Notes under the pieces: generated by a model | The model's database searches: none | What the model saw: the letters and a program-made list of their open reading frames with translations, nothing else | Told to the model about the DNA's origin: nothing | Shown: positions 49,938-58,005 of the stretch, piece by piece | Position numbering within the stretch: the stretch's first letter is position 1 | How the letters are laid out: every line of letters starts with the position of its first letter | Assembly: GCA_963662315.1 (NCBI GenBank) | Contig: OY759353.1 | Span: forward strand, 4,448,001-4,512,000 | Direction of reading: 5' to 3' | Length of the DNA stretch: 64,000 nt | Source: Geopsychrobacteraceae bacterium | GTDB lineage: Bacteria > Desulfobacterota > Desulfuromonadia > Desulfuromonadales > Geopsychrobacteraceae | Translations under genes and position numbers: made by a program

Positions 49938-51149
49938 CTATTTATTATCCTCCTCCACCGCCTCATAAATATGATCCAGGATATCCGGAATGGCACTGAT
50001 AACCCGGTTCCAGCTTGGCATGAAGGGGGTTTCCATCGGGTTGTTGATAAACACATCACCGGCCCGGACAATATTTTCGGCAAACAATTCCACCGCTTTT
50101 TCTTCCTTGTGGCGGTCAATTTTCAGGCCGTTGATGATGGCGTCATCATAAAAACGCTGCACGAAATCGAGGGCGGTGCGGTAGTAGGTAGCTTTTAAGC
50201 TGCGGAAGGTTTCCATGGAGAGCACCTCCCCCTGGGTCGCCAGCTTGCGAATGATGGCTTTGGTGATATCGGTGCTCATGCGCGATAGGCCGCCATTCGG
50301 GTCATCTTCGGACAGGTTCTGGTGTTTGTGATCATAGATATCGGCAATGTCAACCTGGCAGATTCTGCTGGTGGCGTAGTTCCGATACATCTCTGAAATA
50401 ACACCGATTTCCAGTCCCCAGTCACTCGGAATACGCAGGTCATTGAGGACATCGACACGCATGGAAAACTCACCGGCCAGGGCGTAGCGGAAGCTGTTGA
50501 GATAATCGAGATACTCGGAATGGCCAACGATTTTTTGTAACGAGCGAATCAATGGTGTAACCAGCAGGCGACAAACCCGGCCATTGAGACTGCCACTGGC
50601 GATGCGGGAGTAGTAGCCCTTGCAGAACTGATAGTTAAAATTGGGGTTGGCAACCGGATAGATCAGGCGGGCGAGCATGTCCCGTTTGTAGGTCACAATG
50701 TCGCAATCGTGTAATGCAACAGCGCGACTGCGCCCGGATGCGAGAACGTAGCCAAAGCAGTACCAGACGTTGCGGCCTTTGCCCATTTCCTTGGGGGCCA
50801 GTCCCTGGTCGGCGAGCATTTTATCGATACTGCGCAAGCGCGGTCCGTCATTCCACAGAATGCGGTGCTCTTGAGGCAGCCGGGAGAAGTAGTCTTTGGC
50901 ATAATGAAACTGTGCTTCATCGGCACGGTCGAGGCCGATGACAATTTCACGCAGGTATGAAGCATTTTTAAGATCGTCAAGGATCGGTCCCAGTGCCGGT
51001 CCTTCGAGTTCTGAAAACAGGGAGGGGAGGACCAGACTCATAGGGCTGCGGGTTGAAAATCTGTCCAGGTCTTTTTCAAGTTCCTCAAGAGGTCGGTCAG
51101 TGAGATTATGCAGGGTCGTAATGATCCCGTTCTGAAAAAAATCAGCCAT
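49938..51149 (-). CDS. gpgS: Glucosyl-3-phosphoglycerate synthase
   Basis: MADFFQNG.ITTLH, LPSLFSELEG, GKGRNVW, HDCDI, KGYYSR, LAGEF, DWGLE, YDHKHQ. Confidence 0.85.
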   Translation of the reverse strand: MADFFQNGIITTLHNLTDRPLEELEKDLDRFSTRSPMSLVLPSLFSELEGPALGPILDDLKNASYLREIVIGLDRADEAQFHYAKDYFSRLPQEHRILWNDGPRLRSIDKMLADQGLAPKEMGKGRNVWYCFGYVLASGRSRAVALHDCDIVTYKRDMLARLIYPVANPNFNYQFCKGYYSRIASGSLNGRVCRLLVTPLIRSLQKIVGHSEYLDYLNSFRYALAGEFSMRVDVLNDLRIPSDWGLEIGVISEMYRNYATSRICQVDIADIYDHKHQNLSEDDPNGGLSRMSTDITKAIIRKLATQGEVLSMETFRSLKATYYRTALDFVQRFYDDAIINGLKIDRHKEEKAVELFAENIVRAGDVFINNPMETPFMPSWNRVISAIPDILDHIYEAVEEDNK

Positions 51150-51963
51150 GATCGATTCCTTTGTCGGTATAGAGTAATAAAATATCGTGAATAGCCTGAT
51201 TCCAACCCCGTGGGCCCGGAAGCTTGGCATGGAGGATTTTGCCTCTGCGGGGTTTTGGTGCAACGCTGCTTTGGGACGGAATGACAACGGCAAGATCGCA
51301 GGCTTCCATCATGGCCTGATCGTTGGGGCCATCGCCAAGGGCGACGCTGAACCAGCGCTGCTTTGGGCGTTGCTGGCGAAAGTATCTGGTCAGCCAGTGG
51401 ACTGCGGTTCCTTTGTCGGCTTGTGCATCGAGGATATGATAGAAGCGGCCACCGCGGAGTAATTGTAGTTTGTATGAGGCAAGGTCATGACGAAAACGTT
51501 CGAGAGCTTCGGAGGTGTCGCTCCAGCGGATCGGTTCGCTGAACAGGCGGTCTTTGGCTGCAGTTGCAGAGTCATGGTCAAGTCCTGTTTCGGCCATGAC
51601 GTCGGCTGTAGAAAAATCACTGAAGCCAGAAAAGCGATAGCTCTTTTTGTTACGGAGCTGGTGCACCAGCTGAGTCAGTTCCTGGTAGGGCCTGCCAAAA
51701 AAATGAGCAGTTTGCCGTTCCCCTGGACCTTCTGGCGGAAAGATAATACCTGCCCCGTTCTCGACAATGTAGGGGGTTGTCAGCTGTAACGCGTGGTGCA
51801 GTTCTTTGACTTCAGCTGCCGTTTTGCTGGTACAGATAATAACCGGAATATCAAGCTCTTTGAGCTTAAACAGGGAGGGTTGAGCCGGAGCCCAGCTATA
51901 GGTGTGATGATCAAGTAGGGTTCCGTCCAGATCGGTGAAGATAATCGGTTGGTGTCTGTCCAT
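51142..51963 (-). CDS. gpgP: Glucosyl/mannosyl-3-phosphoglycerate phosphatase (HAD IIB)
   Basis: FTDLDGTLLD, TSKT, ENG, GGRFYH, LGDGPND, GPRGW. Confidence 0.88.
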   Translation of the reverse strand: MDRHQPIIFTDLDGTLLDHHTYSWAPAQPSLFKLKELDIPVIICTSKTAAEVKELHHALQLTTPYIVENGAGIIFPPEGPGERQTAHFFGRPYQELTQLVHQLRNKKSYRFSGFSDFSTADVMAETGLDHDSATAAKDRLFSEPIRWSDTSEALERFRHDLASYKLQLLRGGRFYHILDAQADKGTAVHWLTRYFRQQRPKQRWFSVALGDGPNDQAMMEACDLAVVIPSQSSVAPKPRRGKILHAKLPGPRGWNQAIHDILLLYTDKGIDHG

Positions 51964-51998
51964 TGGCCGTCTCCGTCGTTGGATGCGAACTAACAACC

Positions 51999-52014
51999 TG
52001 CAAGGCGGGTGCCA
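51999..52014 (-). promoter_or_regulatory. sigma54 promoter of gpgP-gpgS
   Basis: Consensus TGGCAC-CCGCC-TTGCA, 35 bp upstream of the ATG. Confidence 0.85.
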
Positions 52015-52045
52015 GTACCGGACGGAGTGTGATGGGCAGAGGTTT

Positions 52046-52075
52046 GTCAGGGGCGTATCACCATACGCCCCTGAC
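52046..52075 (-). terminator. Stem-loop after cysG
   Basis: GTCAGGGGCGTAT-CACC-ATACGCCCCTGAC. Confidence 0.7.
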
Positions 52076-52092
52076 TGAGACTTGGGGACTGA

Positions 52093-53376
52093 CTACTGCG
52101 CCATTTTATAAAAGAATTCCTCTGGTTGGCAGAGCACCTGGTGCAGATTGACAACATCGCCAAAGACCAGGATGGCCGGACGCTCTGCCAGAGGAGCTGT
52201 CGCAGGCAGATGCTCCAGATCGGTAATCAAGACCTGCTGGTTCGGGCGTGAAGCGTTGGCGATTATGGCCACTGGCAGATTTTTAGCTACGCCCTGGCTG
52301 ATGGCCATTTCACTGATCTCGCTGGCGAAACTCAGGCCCATCAGGACAACCGTAGTGTGATGGGGAATTTTGAGCATGGGAAACCAGTCAGCGTTGATGC
52401 GACTGCCAGCAAGATGGGCCGAGACGACTGACAGGTTGGTTGCATAGCCACGGGCTGTCGGTGGAATCCCTGCACAGGCCGGGCCGGCCAGGGCCGAGCT
52501 GATACCACTGACAACGTCTACCCTGATCCCACGCCTGATCAGGTATTCGGCTTCCTCGGAACCACGCCCGAAAATGTAGGGGTCGCCGCATTTCAAACGC
52601 GCAACATTCAGCCCCTGCAGTGCCTTTTGGTAGATCAGTTCGTTAATTTCTTCCTGTTTGAAGCTATGGCAACCCTTCTGTTTGCCGACGGCAATCTTTT
52701 CGGTATGCTCAGGAATCAGAGCCATGATTTCCGGTGTCAGTAGATGATCGTAAAGGACGACATCCTGCTGCTGGATCAGCCGGTAAGCTTTCATGGTGAG
52801 CAGATCCGGATCCCCAGGGCCACAGCCGATCAGTGCAACCTGGGCTAGCACGCGATTGCTTTTGGTCAGAGTGTTTTGGGAGTCAATAATACCGGAAGCT
52901 CGGTCCTGTTTGCTGCTGGCGACCAGCCCTTCGAGTTGGGGCGGGATGATCTTCGCAATTTTGTCTCTGACCTGGCGGCTGATGGTCGGGCTGGCACCAT
53001 CGGTTGATACCGCGACTTTCAGGTGGCCGTGTTTTAACAGGGCCGGAAAGTGAAAGTCACTGACGGTTTGGTCGGCGCAACAATTCAGCATAAAGTGATG
53101 GCTCTGTTTGGCTTCCAGCAGTTGCCGGGTCAGTTCCTGGTTGCCGCTCGCATCCACGACCAGTGTAGTATTGAGCAGATCGCCCGGTTGAAAAGGACGT
53201 TCAGAAAAGGCAATATCCAGTTGTTTCAGCTCGCTGCAGATTTCTGTAGCAACGAGACGGAAGCTGATGCCGTTTCTCAGCAGATTTCTGGCCTTCAGCA
53301 GTGCAGTTTGTCCGCCACCGATAAGCAGTACCCCAGGGTTTGTCAGCACGATAGGCAGAGTTACAGACGTTTTCAT
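52093..53376 (-). CDS. cysG: Siroheme synthase-type fusion (precorrin-2 dehydrogenase/chelatase plus uroporphyrinogen-III methyltransferase)
   Basis: IGGG, AVSTDGASP; GCGPGDPDLLT, RLKCGDPYIFGRG.EE. Confidence 0.88.
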   Translation of the reverse strand: MKTSVTLPIVLTNPGVLLIGGGQTALLKARNLLRNGISFRLVATEICSELKQLDIAFSERPFQPGDLLNTTLVVDASGNQELTRQLLEAKQSHHFMLNCCADQTVSDFHFPALLKHGHLKVAVSTDGASPTISRQVRDKIAKIIPPQLEGLVASSKQDRASGIIDSQNTLTKSNRVLAQVALIGCGPGDPDLLTMKAYRLIQQQDVVLYDHLLTPEIMALIPEHTEKIAVGKQKGCHSFKQEEINELIYQKALQGLNVARLKCGDPYIFGRGSEEAEYLIRRGIRVDVVSGISSALAGPACAGIPPTARGYATNLSVVSAHLAGSRINADWFPMLKIPHHTTVVLMGLSFASEISEMAISQGVAKNLPVAIIANASRPNQQVLITDLEHLPATAPLAERPAILVFGDVVNLHQVLCQPEEFFYKMAQ

Positions 53377-53451
53377 CTTTTGATCCCGGTATTAAAAGTG
53401 TTGCGCAGAAAAAACTTAAGCGGATTGGAAAGGGGCTGAACAACAGTGTAC

Positions 53452-53489
53452 AAAAAAAACCGAAACCCATAATAATGCTGGTTTCGGTT
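53452..53489 (-). terminator. Attenuator terminator of the cysG riboswitch
   Basis: AACCGAAACC...GGTTTCGGTT plus U8. Confidence 0.75.
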
Positions 53490-53544
53490 ACCCATTGATG
53501 CCGATTCCTGTATCCCGCCGCATGGTCCCCTGCGGACAGAAAAT

Positions 53545-53710
53545 TTACTGGGTAGCAGGTATTCTGACTTCCGGTTCAGCCGCAGACGACGCCTTCCCGA
53601 AATAGATATCAGTGGCGATTGTCGTCTTTGTCCCCGGTTACAGCGGTGGGTCCGTTTCCGATTCTCACGGAATTCCCTACTTCATTTCGCTAATGAAGCT
53701 GTCCCAGTAA
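53545..53710 (-). ncRNA. Cobalamin riboswitch (long, class I-like) upstream of cysG
   Basis: AGGGAATTCCGTGAGAATCGGAAACGGACCCACCGCTGTAA, GCCACTG...GGGAAGGC, B12-box AAGTCAGAATACCTGC. Confidence 0.9.
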
Positions 53711-53954
53711 TCTTGATTGTGACCACTGTATACGCCGAGTGCAGGCTTGAAGTCAAATGAATTATTTTGATGAATTCTTTTATAATTCAACAGGTTGTCA
53801 GTGCTTCCGTAGGTCGGGTGGTGAATGCGTCCGGTCAGACCGCAAAAACGACCTGTCATTCAGAAATCAAATCTACGGGGAAAAAATATCTTGCAGCGAA
53901 AATGGTTTTGGCTTTTAATCGGGCCACTTTTTCCCTCCCTGGCAGGTTGTCAAT

Positions 53955-54077
53955 GGTGGGGAAAAGGTATTTATCACTTTGAGATCGGCAAGAGCAACAA
54001 GGAAGACGGTGTAAATCCGTCACGGACCCGCCACTGTAACCAGGTACTGCCTGGGAGTCAGATACTTGTTCCCACTT
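53955..54077 (+). ncRNA. Cobalamin riboswitch (short form) upstream of the cob operon
   Basis: AAGGAAGACGGTGTAAATCCGTCACGGACCCGCCACTGTAA followed almost directly by GAGTCAGATACTTG. Confidence 0.87.
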
Positions 54078-54145
54078 CGCCTTTATTAGCCTGAACTTCG
54101 TGGACTGAGCTCGCAGGTTAACCAAAATGCTACTGGATTAAAAAC

Positions 54146-54185
54146 GGAATCCCGGTGCCTTTTGAAGGCACCGGGATTCCTATTT
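54146..54185 (+). terminator. Attenuator hairpin of the cob riboswitch
   Basis: GGAATCCCGGTGCCTT-TTG-AAGGCACCGGGATTCC-TATTT. Confidence 0.75.
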
Positions 54186-54223
54186 GGTACTGCAAGGAAG
54201 GTCCCGCATATGGGGAATTTAAA

Positions 54224-54787
54224 TTGTCCGTTGACGACACGCAACCACAAAAACAGCGCCTGATCTACATAAGCGGCGGATGCCGCAGTGGCAAAAGTGC
54301 CTATGCGCAAAAGTTGGCTGAAAGTCTGCCTGGGCGCCGTGCCTATCTGGCCACATGCCCGCACATCGATAAGGAAATGGATACCCGCATCTCCCGACAT
54401 CAACAGGAACGGGCTGGGCGCGGTTGGGAGACCATCGAAGAACCGCTGGCGCTGGATCATGCTTTACTGAAAGTGCTTGATGTCGATGTGATTCTCATCG
54501 ATTGCCTGACCCTCTGGGTCAATAACCTGCTCTATGTCGCTGAACAACAGCAGCAGGAACTTACCGAAGCAGACATCGAACCTCAGTGTCAGAATTTTCT
54601 AAATGCTTGTCGCCAGGGGCTGCGCACCATCATCGTCGTCAGTAATGAGGTTGGGATGGGGCTGGTTCCGGAAGATCCCTTATCCCGTCGTTATCGCGAT
54701 CTGATCGGGCGTTGCAATCAGCTGGTTGCACGTGCCGCTGACGAAGCAATCTTTATGGTTTCCGGTTTGCCCCTGCGCTTTAAATGA
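54224..54787 (+). CDS. cobU: Adenosylcobinamide kinase/guanylyltransferase
   Basis: GGCRSGKS, RISRHQQER, DCLTLW, SNEVGMG; TTG start inferred. Confidence 0.92.
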   Translation: MSVDDTQPQKQRLIYISGGCRSGKSAYAQKLAESLPGRRAYLATCPHIDKEMDTRISRHQQERAGRGWETIEEPLALDHALLKVLDVDVILIDCLTLWVNNLLYVAEQQQQELTEADIEPQCQNFLNACRQGLRTIIVVSNEVGMGLVPEDPLSRRYRDLIGRCNQLVARAADEAIFMVSGLPLRFK

Positions 54788-54823
54788 GCAGCACCAGGCC
54801 CCCCTTCTTTTTCGGAGCAAATT

Positions 54824-55882
54824 ATGAAGTTTCTGCAACAAACAATCGCATCTATCCCGGCACCTGATCTGCAGATCAGGGCTCAGGCTCTTGCCCGCCT
54901 GGAGCAGCTGATTATGCCGCATTGGGCTCTCGGCCGCCTGATGGATCTGGCCCTTGATCTGGCCGGTATCTATGCTTCAATGAAACCCTCTGTCGCACGC
55001 AAACTTATTGTGGTTATGTGTGGTGACCATGGTGTTGCGGCTGCCGGAGTGAGCCGCTTTGACCCGGAAGTGACCGTACAGATGGTTCAGAGTTATTTCG
55101 CCGGAGTTGCCGGGTGTAACATCATGGCGCGTCAGGCCGGAGCCAAGGTTGCCGTTGTTGATATGGGAATTGCCGGTCAGCTCAATGATGCGGCAAGCGG
55201 CTTGATCATCAACCGTAAAATCGCTCGCGGGACCAATAATTTTCTCGAAGGCCCGGCGATGTCCCGGGAGCAGGCGGTGGCGGCCCTTAATGCCGGAATA
55301 GAGGTTGCGACGGCTTTTGCCCCGGAAACGGATCTGTTTGGCACGGCGGAAATGGGTATTGGCAACACGACGGCAAGCAGTGCCATCGTCGCGGCATTAT
55401 GCGGTATTTCTCCGGTTGAAGCCACCGGACGCGGTACCGGGCTCGATGACGAACAGCTGAAAAACAAGGTTGCTGTTGTCGAGCGGGCATTGGTTGTCAA
55501 TCAGCCCGATCCGTCTGATCCTGTCGATGTTTTGAGTAAGGTCGGTGGGTTCGAGATCGCAGGGATTGCTGGACAGATCATCGGGGCGGCCGCAATGGGC
55601 AAGCCTACCGTGATAGATGGCTTTATCTCCACTGCGGCAGCGCTGGTGGCCGGAAAGCTGGCCCCTGCAGCTATAGATTACATGATTCCCTCGCACCGGA
55701 GTGTCGAGCGAGGTCATGTCGCGGCCCTGGCCGGTTTAGGTAAAGAGCCGTTCCTGGACCTTAATTTTCGCCTTGGCGAAGGAACCGGTGCGGCGATGAC
55801 CATGAATCTGGTGGAAGGTGCTATCGCGATTCTGACCGAGATGGCGACCTTTGAAGAGGCCGCAGTCAGTGGTAAAAAGTGA
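54824..55882 (+). CDS. cobT: Nicotinate-nucleotide:lower-base phosphoribosyltransferase, paralogue 1
   Basis: ALGRL, GDHG, EMGIGNT, GGFEI, DGFI, RLGEGTG. Confidence 0.93.
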   Translation: MKFLQQTIASIPAPDLQIRAQALARLEQLIMPHWALGRLMDLALDLAGIYASMKPSVARKLIVVMCGDHGVAAAGVSRFDPEVTVQMVQSYFAGVAGCNIMARQAGAKVAVVDMGIAGQLNDAASGLIINRKIARGTNNFLEGPAMSREQAVAALNAGIEVATAFAPETDLFGTAEMGIGNTTASSAIVAALCGISPVEATGRGTGLDDEQLKNKVAVVERALVVNQPDPSDPVDVLSKVGGFEIAGIAGQIIGAAAMGKPTVIDGFISTAAALVAGKLAPAAIDYMIPSHRSVERGHVAALAGLGKEPFLDLNFRLGEGTGAAMTMNLVEGAIAILTEMATFEEAAVSGKK

Positions 55883-56085
55883 GTGTGTAGCCATCCTGAG
55901 ACAGCGGATGGCCGCACGTAGGTTTTCAAAGGGCTCGTTGCCAATTTGAACACAAAGAATTCCCTCTCTCAGGGGAAGGGCCGGATAGCTGGGAATGTGG
56001 TGGAGAAAGCCGGCTATCCGGCCTGCGTTTGTTGTCGGGTAAACGAACTGATAGTTCCAGATTGATTATGCCAGGGAGGTTTTTT

Positions 56086-57147
56086 GTGACCATTTTAGAA
56101 AAGACTATTGCCAACATCACCGGCCAGGATCATGCCGTACGGGCCAAGGCGAAAGAGCGCCTGGACCAGTTGATTATGCCACACTGGGCGCTTGGACGCT
56201 TACTTGACCTGGCTCTCGATCTGGCCGGTATGACAGGGACCACGACGCCTGCGGTGAGCCGGCGCAAAATTGTCACCATGGCGGGTGATCATGGTATTGC
56301 CCGCAGTGGTGTCAGCCTCTTCCCCCAGGAAGTTACGCTGCAGATGGCTCAGGGGGTTATTGCCGGAGTGGCCGGTGTCAACGTTCTGGCAAGGCAATCA
56401 AAGACTGATGTGGTTCTGGTCGATATGGGGATTGCGGCTGAGCTGGATGAAAAAACTGCCGCTGCCGTCATCAATTGTAAAATCGCCCATGGTACCAATA
56501 ACTTTGCCGAAGGTCCGGCGATGACCCGCGATCAGGCGGTTAAGGCGCTGGAAGCAGGTATCGAAGTTGCTTTTGAGCTGGCTGATGAGACCGATGTGTT
56601 TGGTACCGGTGAACTGGGGATCGCTAATACCACCCCGAGCAGTGCCATTGTCGCGACCCTCTGTGGCATTCCGGTTGCCGATGCTGTTGGTCGCGGCACC
56701 GGTCTGGATGATAGCCAGCTGCAATACAAAGTCAGAGTGATCGAGGATGCTCTTGCTTTAAACCAGCCGGATGCCAATGATCCTCTGGATGTGCTGGCCA
56801 AAGTCGGCGGTTTTGAAATTGCCGGGCTTGCCGGATTGATCCTGGGGGCCGCTCTTCTGAGAAAGCCTGTTGTGGTTGATGGCTTTATCTCCACGGCAGC
56901 AGCACTGGTGGCGGCTAAATTGGCCCCAGCCTGCTGTGATTTCATGATCAGTGCTCATCGCAGTGTCGAAAAAGGGCAGGTTGCTGCGTTGCGGGTCCTG
57001 GGCAAAGAACCGTTCCTCGATTTGAACTTCCGCCTTGGCGAAGGGACTGGTGCTGCGGTTGCCATGAACCTGGTTGAGGCAGCGGTCGCGCTGCTGACCG
57101 AAATGGCTACCTTTGAAGAAGCCGCAGTGAGTACCGCAGCTCGTTAA
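56086..57147 (+). CDS. cobT: Nicotinate-nucleotide:lower-base phosphoribosyltransferase, paralogue 2
   Basis: Same motifs (GELGIANT variant); GTG start after GGGAGG. Confidence 0.93.
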   Translation: MTILEKTIANITGQDHAVRAKAKERLDQLIMPHWALGRLLDLALDLAGMTGTTTPAVSRRKIVTMAGDHGIARSGVSLFPQEVTLQMAQGVIAGVAGVNVLARQSKTDVVLVDMGIAAELDEKTAAAVINCKIAHGTNNFAEGPAMTRDQAVKALEAGIEVAFELADETDVFGTGELGIANTTPSSAIVATLCGIPVADAVGRGTGLDDSQLQYKVRVIEDALALNQPDANDPLDVLAKVGGFEIAGLAGLILGAALLRKPVVVDGFISTAAALVAAKLAPACCDFMISAHRSVEKGQVAALRVLGKEPFLDLNFRLGEGTGAAVAMNLVEAAVALLTEMATFEEAAVSTAAR

Positions 57148-57187
57148 TGTTAATAAAGAGTCGTTTGTCTCCTCGTATGCTTCAGCT

Positions 57188-57215
57188 GTGAAATCTGAAG
57201 TTTCATATCTGAAAT
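57188..57215 (+). repeat. Heptamer array
   Basis: GTGAAAT CTGAAGT TTCATAT CTGAAAT. Confidence 0.55.
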
Positions 57216-57237
57216 CGTAAAGCGAAGTTGAGCGCCC

Positions 57238-58005
57238 ATGAAATGTCTAGAGCCGTTATTTTCAGCCGTCCGTTTTCTGACCATTCTGCCGGTTCCTGAG
57301 AGGTGGTGTGGCGATGCGGAAAGTTTCCGAAAGAGTGCCGACTGGTATCCCCTCGTAGGTTTGCTAATCGGCCTATTGGCTGGCGTTTTCGACCTGTTAC
57401 TGTGCTGGCTGCTGCCCGTGTCGATTGCCAGTGCTATTGTTCTGACTGGCATGATTGTTGTGACCGGCGCTTTGCATATGGACGGCATGGCCGATAGCGC
57501 GGATGCCTTTTTCAGCAGCCGGAGTCGTGAACGGATGCTGGAGATTATGAAAGACAGTTGTGCCGGACCCATGGGGGTGGCGGCGTTGATTCTGCTGCTG
57601 CTGACCAAATGGACGTTGCTGGTTGCTCTGCCTGAAGCTTACCGTTTTGCCGTGATTGTGCTGATGCCCGTATGCGGACGCTGTGCTATCGCTTTTTTGA
57701 TTACCTGGCTCCCCTATGCCCGGCCTGAAGGTGGCACGGCGGCGTTTACCAAAGATAGCGGCGGCTCGCTTCGGGTGTTGATCGCCTGGCTGACGCTGGT
57801 GCTGTTACCTGTTTTAATGTTGGGCTGGCATCCGGGTTTATGGACAATTGTTGTGAGTGTTAGTTTGCTCTTGGGTGTAAAAGGATATTTCATGCGGAAG
57901 ATCGGAGGTTATACCGGGGACACTCTCGGGGCTGCCAGTGAGTTGCTTGAGCTGGCTCCGGCTCTGGTCACTGTAGCACTGGCTCATCTCGGAGTTTTGG
58001 CATGA
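57238..58005 (+). CDS. cobS: Cobalamin synthase
   Basis: FLTILP, TGALHMDGMADSAD, IMKDS..GPMG, GGYTGDTLGA. Confidence 0.94.
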   Translation: MKCLEPLFSAVRFLTILPVPERWCGDAESFRKSADWYPLVGLLIGLLAGVFDLLLCWLLPVSIASAIVLTGMIVVTGALHMDGMADSADAFFSSRSRERMLEIMKDSCAGPMGVAALILLLLTKWTLLVALPEAYRFAVIVLMPVCGRCAIAFLITWLPYARPEGGTAAFTKDSGGSLRVLIAWLTLVLLPVLMLGWHPGLWTIVVSVSLLLGVKGYFMRKIGGYTGDTLGAASELLELAPALVTVALAHLGVLA

